A stretch of DNA of 55,151 nucleotides from the NCBI GenBank assembly GCA_050943575.1, contig JBMNPL010000003.1:1-55151 (forward strand). Direction: 5' to 3'. Below, piece by piece: positions 1 through 7,578 of the stretch. Position 1 is the first letter of the stretch. Each line of letters opens with the position of its first letter. Origin of the DNA: Alphaproteobacteria bacterium (GTDB lineage Bacteria; Pseudomonadota; Alphaproteobacteria; Rs-D84). Position numbers and translations under genes: made by a program. The notes under the pieces are model-generated. The model saw nothing but the letters and a program-made list of their open reading frames with translations. It ran no database searches and was not told the DNA's origin.

Positions 1-73
1 ATTGGAAAAAAGTTTTACGTACATTTGAAAATGGCTATAATGCCAATTAAAAACATAACTAATAAAAAGTGTA

Positions 74-104
74 AAAACCCCAAGATTTTTATCTTGGGGT
101 TTTT
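74..104. terminator. Rho-independent terminator-like hairpin (bidirectional)
   Basis: 13-bp stem aaaaccccaagat/atcttggggtttt with an A-run on one side and a T-run on the other. It lies downstream of the minus-strand tRNA-Ser. Confidence 0.55.
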
Positions 105-158
105 ATCCGTCTGCATCCCTAATATAATAAAAAACTTAACAGGTCTATTTTATTATTC

Positions 159-248
159 TGGCGGACAGAGAGGGATTCGAACCCTCGATACCCTTGCGAG
201 TATGCCTGATTTCGAGTCAGGTACGTTCAACCACTCCGCCACCTGTCC
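159..248 (-). tRNA. tRNA-Ser (anticodon CGA)
   Basis: Cloverleaf read on the minus strand. Acceptor is ggacagg/tctgtcc, and the anticodon stem cctga/tcagg carries loop ctCGAaa. There is a long variable arm, T-arm gaggg-ttcgaat-ccctc, discriminator G and an encoded CCA. Confidence 0.9.
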
Positions 249-313
249 GCACAAAAGATTATACAAAAACTGATTTAATTTGCAAGTTTTTAGAAAGTAA
301 AATTATTACTTAA

Positions 314-958
314 TTAAATTAATTTTCGTGCAAGCGGAAGTTCTTTTCCACCCTGCTCTATTATAATTTTTTCTAAAAACTTTTTAGTTATATCCAAATT
401 TACAGGCAAGGTATAAAGTTTATCCAAATAAGGAGTTGCACATTCACCACACACTGCACGCGCAGTACGTGGTGATAAATGTGTTAAATTATTTGTTTTT
501 CCGCAACTTGCACATTTACCTAAATCCAAAGCATACCCCAATGCCCCAAGTAAATTTATTTCCCAATTTAAGTAATGTTCATTTGCATTTTTATCTAAAT
601 TTTCAAGCATGTTTATAGTTTGATGCCATAGTATTTCATATTTTTCACGTTCTGGTAATAAAGTATACAGCAACGCAAATGAAGAATTCATAAAACTTAA
701 AGTTATCGGATTAATCATCAATGACACACTTAGATTTTTTTCAGATTCCCAATGAAATACACCTAATTGAGATTCTAATCTGGCATTCCATGAAACTGCA
801 CCAAATTGCCCAACCAAAGGTTTATTTTTCTTTGCAATAGCCCCGCCTTTTATCATTCCTGATAAAATACCATAATCTTTTGTAAAAATACGGGCTAAAC
901 AATCACGTTCGCCAAATGATTTAATATCTATTAATATTCCAACAGAATCAAATTTCAT
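314..958 (-). CDS. recO: DNA repair protein RecO
   Basis: 214-aa ORF with N-terminal MKFDSVGILIDIKSFGERD (RecO OB-fold start) and a C-terminal CxxC...CxxC zinc motif (CASCGK...CGEC). Confidence 0.85.
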   Translation of the reverse strand: MKFDSVGILIDIKSFGERDCLARIFTKDYGILSGMIKGGAIAKKNKPLVGQFGAVSWNARLESQLGVFHWESEKNLSVSLMINPITLSFMNSSFALLYTLLPEREKYEILWHQTINMLENLDKNANEHYLNWEINLLGALGYALDLGKCASCGKTNNLTHLSPRTARAVCGECATPYLDKLYTLPVNLDITKKFLEKIIIEQGGKELPLARKLI

Positions 959-972
959 AATTGCATTATAAC

Positions 973-999
973 AAAATCGCGCCTTGATGGCGCGATTTT
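973..999 (-). terminator. Rho-independent terminator after rplI
   Basis: Hairpin aaaatcgcgcc-ttgat-ggcgcgatttt directly follows the rplI stop codon and has U-tracts on both strands. Confidence 0.6.
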
Positions 1000-1665
1000 T
1001 TATTCGGCGGTTTTTTCTGCTTTCGCTTTTTTTACCTTTGCCGGTTTTTCGGCTGGTTTTTCTTTCTCGTCCGAATCTTCTGAGCTTTCAACTTCTTCCG
1101 GTTTTTCAGATTCTTCTGATTTTTCAGTATTCTCTGATTCTGGTGTTATTTCTTCGTCTTCAGCTTTCTTTATCCCATAAGTTAAAACTTTACCAGCAAC
1201 CAGTGCATCAATTTCATCTTGTGTTTGAGCAACATAAACTTTAATTGGCACAACTACATCAGGATGCAAAGCAATTTCTGTATCAAATGTACCAATTTCT
1301 TTAATCGGGTTACCTAATAAAACTTGGGATGATTCAATAATAACACCTGTCAATTCTTTTAACAAACGTGCAATATCACGACTAGAAACACTTCCATATA
1401 AATGACCTGTATCACCTGCTTGCCTGATCATATGGAATTTAGCAGATTCTACTATTTTACGATTAGATTCCGCAGATTTAATCGCTGCTTCATGTCTTGC
1501 TGCAAGTTCCGCTTTCTTGGATTCGAATAAAGCCACATTTTCACGTGAGAAACGTAAAGCTTTGCCCTTTGGTAATAAATAGTTGCGCGCATAACCAGTT
1601 GCAACTTCAACTTGATCACCAATGTTTCCCAATTTATTAATTTTTTCTGTAAGTATAACTTTCAT
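1000..1665 (-). CDS. rplI: 50S ribosomal protein L9 with long acidic C-terminal tail
   Basis: N-terminus MKVILTEKINKLGNIGDQVEVATGYARNYLLPKGKA is the canonical L9 signature. The gene sits downstream of rpsF-rpsR. The last ~65 aa are E/S/K-rich low complexity. Confidence 0.93.
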   Translation of the reverse strand: MKVILTEKINKLGNIGDQVEVATGYARNYLLPKGKALRFSRENVALFESKKAELAARHEAAIKSAESNRKIVESAKFHMIRQAGDTGHLYGSVSSRDIARLLKELTGVIIESSQVLLGNPIKEIGTFDTEIALHPDVVVPIKVYVAQTQDEIDALVAGKVLTYGIKKAEDEEITPESENTEKSEESEKPEEVESSEDSDEKEKPAEKPAKVKKAKAEKTAE

Positions 1666-1712
1666 AATCTGTCCTTTTTCAAGTTAGGGATAATTCCCAA
1701 ATAAATATTAAT

Positions 1713-1940
1713 TTATCCTAGATGATTACGCACAAACGGCAATAATCCCAGATGACGAGCACGTTTAATAGCGATTGCCAATTTACGTTGATCTTTGGCA
1801 GAAACACCGCTTATACGAGACGGGATAATTTTTCCACGTTCTGAAATATAATATCCCAATAATTTAACATCTTTATAATCAATAATCTTGCCCTTTAATG
1901 GGTTAGATTTTTTACGATAAATTGCTGCACGAACTGCCAT
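1713..1940 (-). CDS. rpsR: 30S ribosomal protein S18
   Basis: 75 aa with [50 protein letters not shown], the S18 signature. It is 1 nt downstream of rpsF. Confidence 0.95.
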   Translation of the reverse strand: MAVRAAIYRKKSNPLKGKIIDYKDVKLLGYYISERGKIIPSRISGVSAKDQRKLAIAIKRARHLGLLPFVRNHLG

Positions 1941-1941
1941 T

Positions 1942-2280
1942 TTATTCCGCCTCCTCTGCGCTTTTTTTCATCATGATTGAAGGACCTTTTTCCAAGGCAT
2001 CTACGCGAACATTCAAGAAACGAATAACATCTTCGTCCATACGATAGCGACGTTCCAATTCTGTAATTTGTTTACCATCCAGTTCTATACCCAACATAAC
2101 ATAATGAGCCTTGCGGTTTTTACGAATGACATAAGCCAATCCTTTGAGCCCCCAGAATTCTGTGGTTTTTACTTTACCGCCCAATTCTTTAATTATTTCT
2201 GAAAATTTAGCCGCTTTTTCTTTAACCTGCGGTTCGGTTAAATCTTGGCGAAATACCAAGACGCTTTCATAAAATACCAT
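1942..2280 (-). CDS. rpsF: 30S ribosomal protein S6
   Basis: 112 aa starting [14 protein letters not shown], typical of S6. SD aaggag lies upstream, and the gene heads the rpsF-rpsR-rplI operon. Confidence 0.93.
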   Translation of the reverse strand: MVFYESVLVFRQDLTEPQVKEKAAKFSEIIKELGGKVKTTEFWGLKGLAYVIRKNRKAHYVMLGIELDGKQITELERRYRMDEDVIRFLNVRVDALEKGPSIMMKKSAEEAE

Positions 2281-2396
2281 TTTATCTCCTTATGGACTAT
2301 GGGCTGTTGCACCATGCAACAACCAAGAAGCGACTTTATTATGATTATTTTTTTTATAAATGCAAGAAAAAACTTATTTTTTAAAATAAATTTTTA

Positions 2397-2426
2397 TTGA
2401 CGCGATTTATATAAATTTATTATGAT
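2397..2426 (+). promoter_or_regulatory. Putative sigma-70-type promoter for the motA-like operon
   Basis: TTGACG (2397-2402), then TATTAT/TATGAT candidates 15-18 nt downstream, about 20 nt before the ATG at 2448 (SD gaggg). Sequence pattern only. Confidence 0.35.
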
Positions 2427-2447
2427 GTAATCACTGAGGGATTTTAC

Positions 2448-3236
2448 ATGAGCAATAAGTTTCATAGTTCATTAAATAGAATGGCTCTTTTTACAGCCGT
2501 AATTTTAATCGGCGTTATTTTATTTCATCAAGAAATAATTCAAGTAGCAACTGTAAATATCTGGTTAAATGGCATTATACTAGGAACTACTCTTTTTGGT
2601 ATTATTATTTGTTTTGTTAATGTTTTACGTTTAGTCCCAGAATATAAATGGATGAAAAATTTTTTCAATAATAATAAAACTGATAAATTACCACCAGATG
2701 TTTTGCGCCCCATAGCCATTGTTCTTGATCGCGCAAAATCACAAAAAAAGAATTTTATAAGCGCCCAAGCAATGAACACTTTATTAAATTTAATTGCGGG
2801 ACGTTTTGAAGATCAACGCGATCAATTACATTATATTACAAATGTTTTAATATTCTTGGGCTTGCTTGGAACATTTTGGGGATTAATTCATACAATCGGC
2901 GGATTTTCAAATTTAGTTTCGGTATTAGATTTTAATGATGAAAATGTTATGACTGCAATGCAGCAAAATCTGGCACATCCATTAGCAGGTATGGGGACAG
3001 CTTTTTCTTCATCTTTGTTTGGATTGGCTGGTTCTTTAATTGTTGGATTCCTGGGGTTACAAAATATAATCGCTCAAAATTCTTTATATCGTGAACTAGA
3101 AGAAAATTTAGCCGACAAAACCAGACTAGCAAAACAAGTTGATGCTGATGATTCCGCAGGCAACGTAAATGCGGCTGTAAAAGATTTAACCATTGCAATT
3201 TCAAGGCTGGAACGAGCAGTTACAAAAATAAAATAA
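2448..3236 (+). CDS. MotA/TolQ/ExbB-family proton-channel protein
   Basis: 262 aa with two N-terminal TM helices and a C-terminal TM pair carrying family motifs (FLGLLGTFWGLIHTIGGF; GMGTAFSSSLFGLAGSLIVGF). Confidence 0.8.
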   Translation: MSNKFHSSLNRMALFTAVILIGVILFHQEIIQVATVNIWLNGIILGTTLFGIIICFVNVLRLVPEYKWMKNFFNNNKTDKLPPDVLRPIAIVLDRAKSQKKNFISAQAMNTLLNLIAGRFEDQRDQLHYITNVLIFLGLLGTFWGLIHTIGGFSNLVSVLDFNDENVMTAMQQNLAHPLAGMGTAFSSSLFGLAGSLIVGFLGLQNIIAQNSLYRELEENLADKTRLAKQVDADDSAGNVNAAVKDLTIAISRLERAVTKIK

Positions 3237-3257
3237 TTTTTATCTAAGGAGAGAGAA

Positions 3258-4394
3258 ATGTTAAAAATCAGATTTAAAGAAAAAAATAATTCATGGCCAG
3301 GGTTTGTAGATTTATTTTCTAACCTTGTAATCATTCTGGTATTTTTATTAATTGTTTTTGTTTTTCTTTGGACAACAACAAATGTTTTTAATACAAAAAG
3401 TACTGATAAAAAAGTGGCTGCCTTGCGTCAACAAAATAGCGAGCAAACCGAGCAAATCGCACAAATGATAGAAGATGAAGCCGAAGCAAAAAGATTACTA
3501 ATTTTATCTCGTGAAAAATTAGAAACTTTGGAAAATGATGAAGCCGAAGCAAAAAGACTATTAATATTATCTCGCGAAAAATTAGAAACTTTGGAAAAAG
3601 AAAAGGCAGAACTAAGCCAACGTCTAGATGTTGCGAACGAATCTATGAATTATCTTCAATCTCAACTTGCAGAATTATCCGAAGAGTATCATAAAACTGC
3701 GGCTGTAACTGAAGAAGAACGCAGAGTATTAAAATCACAAATTCAACAATTGCGCTATCAATTAGCAGATACTGAAGAAATGAGTACAGCACAACAACAA
3801 TCTTTGACGACAGAAATAGTTAGATTAAATAAATTATTAAATATATCAGAACAACGTGCCAAAGATCAGGAAGCACAATATGTTGAAATGTCAACTCGTT
3901 TAAACAAAGCGATGGCGGATAAAATAGCGGAACTTGGTCAATATCAATCTGAATTCTATACTGCTATAAAGCAAGCTTTACAATATTCTAATAAAGTAGA
4001 CACCAGCACTGATAGATTTATTGTCCCAAGTGATATTTTATTTGCACAAGGATCCTATTCTTTATCCCAAGAAGGCAAACGTCAATTACAATTAATTGCA
4101 AAGGCTATCATCAGTCTTGAAACAATTATCCCTGCTAATATTGCATGGATAATACGTGTAGACGGACATACTGATAAAATACCTGTTGTGCCTGGTACGC
4201 ATAAATTTAAAAACAATACTGAATTATCATTACTTCGGGCACAAGCTGTAGTAAAAAAATTAATTAGTTATGGAGTTGCCCCAAGACGTTTGGTTCCAAG
4301 TGGTTTTGGTGAAACTCATCCCGTAGATACAGGAAATAGCGTTGAATCTTTACAAAAGAACCGCAGGATAGAATTAAGGCTGACAAATCCGTAA
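3258..4394 (+). CDS. MotB/OmpA-like protein with long coiled coil and peptidoglycan-binding domain
   Basis: 378 aa. N-terminal WPGFVDLFSNLVIILVFLLIVF places an Asp just before a single TM, as in MotB/TolR/ExbD. About 230 aa of coiled coil follow, then a C-terminal OmpA_C-like domain (VDGHTD...LSLLRAQAV...NRRIELRL). Confidence 0.8.
   Translation: MLKIRFKEKNNSWPGFVDLFSNLVIILVFLLIVFVFLWTTTNVFNTKSTDKKVAALRQQNSEQTEQIAQMIEDEAEAKRLLILSREKLETLENDEAEAKRLLILSREKLETLEKEKAELSQRLDVANESMNYLQSQLAELSEEYHKTAAVTEEERRVLKSQIQQLRYQLADTEEMSTAQQQSLTTEIVRLNKLLNISEQRAKDQEAQYVEMSTRLNKAMADKIAELGQYQSEFYTAIKQALQYSNKVDTSTDRFIVPSDILFAQGSYSLSQEGKRQLQLIAKAIISLETIIPANIAWIIRVDGHTDKIPVVPGTHKFKNNTELSLLRAQAVVKKLISYGVAPRRLVPSGFGETHPVDTGNSVESLQKNRRIELRLTNP
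3474..3599 (+). repeat. Codon-aligned 63-bp tandem duplication inside the motB-like gene
   Basis: Two units encode DEAEAKRLLILSREKLETLE(N/K). They differ at 5 nt, of which 4 are synonymous (tta/cta, cta/tta, att/ata, cgt/cgc). Confidence 0.95.
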
Positions 4395-4413
4395 AATAAA
4401 AGCAATGGTGTTT

Positions 4414-4498
4414 TGGTGGGGACGGGGGGACTTGAACCCCCAAGGATTTCTCCACAGCATCCTTAGTGCTGCGCGTCTACCAGTTCCGCCACGACCCC
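4414..4498 (-). tRNA. tRNA-Leu, anticodon reads AAG
   Basis: 85-nt class II cloverleaf on the minus strand. Acceptor is ggggtcg/cgtcccc with one U-U mismatch. The D-arm gcggaactggtagacgc is very similar to E. coli tRNA-Leu. Anticodon stem cagca/tgctg carries loop c-t-A-A-G-g-a. There is a 13-nt variable arm, T-arm ggggg-ttcaagt-ccccc, discriminator A and an encoded CCA. Confidence 0.85.
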
Positions 4499-4633
4499 AA
4501 ATTGCAAAAATTTTACATTATAAGTTATTTTTTTCAAGTATTTTAATTCAGCTTTTAATAAATACAAATAATTTCGTTTTATTAAGTTTGTTTTTATGAT
4601 AAAATTAATAAAAGTAAATAAGCAGGATAATTT

Positions 4634-5962
4634 ATGAAAAAATCAATATTTATTATTTCTTTGATTGTTATGCCTTTTGCTGTAAATGCTACGGGGACTT
4701 ATTATACTGGAAATTATCAATCTCCACAATACAGATATGCACAACCAAATTCTATGCAACATGCCAGATATCAAAACTCTGGTTCGCAAAACAGCACATG
4801 GCCCCCCTATCCTGTTGCTACAAATTATTATCAACCAAAATCTGTAAATACGAAAAAAACTAATTCCGTTCAAAACAAATTTAATATTTCTGGCGGCTTA
4901 TCACGTGAAGTTGCCAACTGGCAAATGGAGATGAAAAATTCCGGAAGTATTTTACATTATGATAATATTTCTTGGAATGTTCTTGATGTAAACGCGGATT
5001 ATAATTTTGGTATGGTAAAATTAGATGCTGGTATAAAATATGGTATGCAAGCTGGCGAATCTCATATGATTGATGATGATATAACTAATGGTGGTTATTA
5101 TATTGATACTCTTTACTATGATCATGACAATAATCCATTAACTGAAGATGAAATATTGGGGGATGTTTACGGAAAGACAATTTCTGCTGGTATTAGCGAA
5201 GGTGGCAATATGCTCGGGTTTAATATCGGATTAAGTTTAACTGATAAATTTAATATCGGTAAAGCTAAATTAACCCCATCTATTGGTTATCGTCATTTTT
5301 CTTATACATTAGAAACAAATAAAAATAATGGTTTATCATTGCAATCTGGATATTGTTTTGTTGTTCCAGGTTCTGATGAAACACAATGTAATCCTTTGAT
5401 TATGATTGATGAAGATAATGATGGTAATATAGATTCTGTAATTTGGGATGATTACACTTTACCGATCGGGGAAGTATACTTTGGTAACACATTTGAATTT
5501 AATCAACCAAGGACTTCTCATTTATACAAAACATCTTGGTCGGGTCCTTATGTTGCATTGGATTTAGATTACGAAATTAATCAAGACAATGCGTTAAATG
5601 CACGTTTAGAAATCGGATTACCAGCATATAAATCAATAGGTGATCAACCATATCGTACTGATTGGGCACACCCAAAAAGTGTTAAAGACTCCGCCGGTAT
5701 AGGTAATGCTTGGCATATAGGTTTGGGGGCTGATTTTCTAACTGCAATAATAGATAATGTAAAATTATCTTTGGGATTCACTTATGATTATTATAGTGTT
5801 AATAATGCCGATGCAAAAACCTTTTTAAATAAAAATATAGATATTGAATCAGACCCAGAACTACAAGCACAATGTCCAAATTGGGTATGTACACAAAAAG
5901 GCGAAATAAGTTCGTTCTATAAATCAATGGGTATTCGTATCGGGCTTAATTCACAATTTTAA
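4634..5962 (+). CDS. Outer-membrane beta-barrel protein with Q/N/Y-rich N-terminal segment
   Basis: Signal peptide MKKSIFIISLIVMPFAVNA, then a Q/N/Y/P-rich stretch. Alternating-hydrophobic strands follow, and the C-terminus ...GIRIGLNSQF ends in an aromatic residue typical of OMPs. Confidence 0.6.
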   Translation: MKKSIFIISLIVMPFAVNATGTYYTGNYQSPQYRYAQPNSMQHARYQNSGSQNSTWPPYPVATNYYQPKSVNTKKTNSVQNKFNISGGLSREVANWQMEMKNSGSILHYDNISWNVLDVNADYNFGMVKLDAGIKYGMQAGESHMIDDDITNGGYYIDTLYYDHDNNPLTEDEILGDVYGKTISAGISEGGNMLGFNIGLSLTDKFNIGKAKLTPSIGYRHFSYTLETNKNNGLSLQSGYCFVVPGSDETQCNPLIMIDEDNDGNIDSVIWDDYTLPIGEVYFGNTFEFNQPRTSHLYKTSWSGPYVALDLDYEINQDNALNARLEIGLPAYKSIGDQPYRTDWAHPKSVKDSAGIGNAWHIGLGADFLTAIIDNVKLSLGFTYDYYSVNNADAKTFLNKNIDIESDPELQAQCPNWVCTQKGEISSFYKSMGIRIGLNSQF

Positions 5963-5967
5963 TAAAA

Positions 5968-6564
5968 ATGAAAATAAATAAAAAATCTTTTTATAAAAAT
6001 ATTATAAAACATGTTTTTATACTATTTGCTTGTATAATTATTTTTGAAAATAATGGGTATTCTATTCAAATTGAAAGAACTGCTGAAACTGCCGCGGCTG
6101 CAAAAACAAGTGCAATAAATGATGCTCGCAGGACCGCATTTGCAAAAATTTTGCAAGAACATATTTCAGAAAATGAGGCAAAAAAAATATCCGAAAAAAT
6201 TATGGATAATGAATTAGCAACTATGATTTATTCTATATCCATAGAAAATGAAAAATTTGATGCGACAAATTATTCTGCTGATATTGCGGTAGATTTTGAC
6301 GAAGATGCTGTAAATAAATGGCTGGCGAACAATGGGATAGGTAAAATTACTGAAATATCTGATAAAAACGATAGAGCCCCTATATTTTTTGAATTAAATA
6401 ATATATATGAATTTTCTAAACTTATGCATGCTTCTCGTGAAACTAGTGCCGATTTAAAAATTACGGCTATTTCTGGTGAACGTATTTCGGCAAATGTACG
6501 TGTAAGTGCATATCAACCATTTGTATCACTTGTTCGCAACGCGGGCATTACAATTTCTTATTAA
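5968..6564 (+). CDS. Hypothetical exported/membrane-anchored protein
   Basis: 198-aa ORF 5 nt after the preceding gene, with N-terminal hydrophobic helix HVFILFACIIIF. I recognise no family. Confidence 0.6.
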   Translation: MKINKKSFYKNIIKHVFILFACIIIFENNGYSIQIERTAETAAAAKTSAINDARRTAFAKILQEHISENEAKKISEKIMDNELATMIYSISIENEKFDATNYSADIAVDFDEDAVNKWLANNGIGKITEISDKNDRAPIFFELNNIYEFSKLMHASRETSADLKITAISGERISANVRVSAYQPFVSLVRNAGITISY

Positions 6565-6577
6565 AAGAGGTAAAAAA

Positions 6578-7429
6578 ATGAAAATAAAATTTTTATCTGG
6601 TATTTTAACAATAACATTTTTTCTTTCACCTGCCCTAGCAGATGATAAAGCAATTGAAATTTCTGAACCTTCAACAGAAATTGTTGCAGATAATCAAAAC
6701 AAAGAACCTGTATCTGTAAAACTACGCGAAAAAGAAAAAAAAGAAAAAGATTCTCGTAAAACTGGCAATAAAGCCGCAAGAATATCTATTGCTGGTGCTG
6801 CAACACAAATTCGTAGCCCGGCGGCTATGCCTGTACCTGTGATTACACCAAAAGTTGTCATAGAAGAAGTTGAATGTGGCATAGGAGAATATTCAAAACT
6901 TGGAAAATGTACCCCTTGTGATCAAAAAAATAATCCGGGGGTAAAATGGGCTAATCCAGGGAAAGATTGTAAAATTTCAGAATGTATTTCTGATGAATAT
7001 GTATTAGTTGATAAAGACAAAGAACAACCACAATGTTTACAAATATGCAACGTTTGGGGCGGTGTTGCATCACGTGAATGGAAACGAGATGATGCTGAAT
7101 TTTCATTTTGTGGTAGTGGTAAACATCTAGAATGTGAAAAAGGTTTTGCCAAAACTCGTGAGCAAACTGGTAGCAGCGGAACTGAATTTGGTCATTGTGT
7201 ACTAGAAGGTACCATGACTGGCGAATGCAAGAAAAAAGGTGATATGAAACCAGGCAAGTTTTCAAATGGTCGTTGTATGCAAGTATGCGAAAACGGATTT
7301 TGGAGTGGTTGCACATTACAAAGATTTTGTGAAGAAGGATTTAAAGAAGATAATTTTAGGGATGTTATTTTTGTAAAAGATAAAAAAGATAAAACAACTT
7401 CTGTATTTGATTGTGTGCCAAAAAAATAA
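6578..7429 (+). CDS. Secreted Cys-rich protein (ECxxGF / GxCxxVCE motif family)
   Basis: I place the start at ATG 6578 (SD aagagg 8 nt upstream), not at the track's 6506. Signal peptide is MKIKFLSGILTITFFLSPALA. The C-terminal half carries more than 20 Cys, with LECEKGF, FCEEGF and NGRCMQVCENG. Confidence 0.7.
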   Translation: MKIKFLSGILTITFFLSPALADDKAIEISEPSTEIVADNQNKEPVSVKLREKEKKEKDSRKTGNKAARISIAGAATQIRSPAAMPVPVITPKVVIEEVECGIGEYSKLGKCTPCDQKNNPGVKWANPGKDCKISECISDEYVLVDKDKEQPQCLQICNVWGGVASREWKRDDAEFSFCGSGKHLECEKGFAKTREQTGSSGTEFGHCVLEGTMTGECKKKGDMKPGKFSNGRCMQVCENGFWSGCTLQRFCEEGFKEDNFRDVIFVKDKKDKTTSVFDCVPKK

Positions 7430-7446
7430 AATCTGGATAAAATAAC

Positions 7447-7475
7447 ATGGGGCTTGTAGCCCCATTTTATTTTTT
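7447..7475 (+). terminator. Rho-independent terminator
   Basis: Stem atggggc/gccccat with loop ttgta, followed by ttttatttttt. Confidence 0.7.
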
Positions 7476-7578
7476 AACAATTTTGTTTAATAAAGTTATT
7501 ATTTGCTCTCTATTGAATTTTTACTAAAAGGCACTAAATCTATATTAGATAATAAAACGATAATAAAAAGGTATAAAT

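Noticed and set aside
25-273. 82-aa plus-strand ORF at the window start
   Set aside because: It overlaps the minus-strand tRNA-Ser (159-248) and a terminator hairpin, and its translation is low-complexity. I treat it as spurious.
2448-4394. Zorya-type (ZorA/ZorB) anti-phage system
   Set aside because: ZorA carries the long tail and is much larger than this protein. Here the coiled coil is on the MotB-like subunit, the MotA-like protein is only 262 aa, and no ZorC/D-like or other defence genes follow. The next feature is a tRNA.
4405-4599. 64-aa plus-strand ORF and 63-aa minus-strand ORF (4264-4455) around the tRNA-Leu
   Set aside because: Both overlap the tRNA-Leu gene or the 3' end of the motB-like gene. 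Neither has an RBS or a recognisable protein.
4634-5962. Omptin-family protease assignment for the 442-aa OMP
   Set aside because: Only vague similarity exists (HMIDDD, GDQPYRTDWAH) to the omptin Asp/His regions, and the size and N-terminal low-complexity region do not fit. I kept it as a generic beta-barrel OMP.
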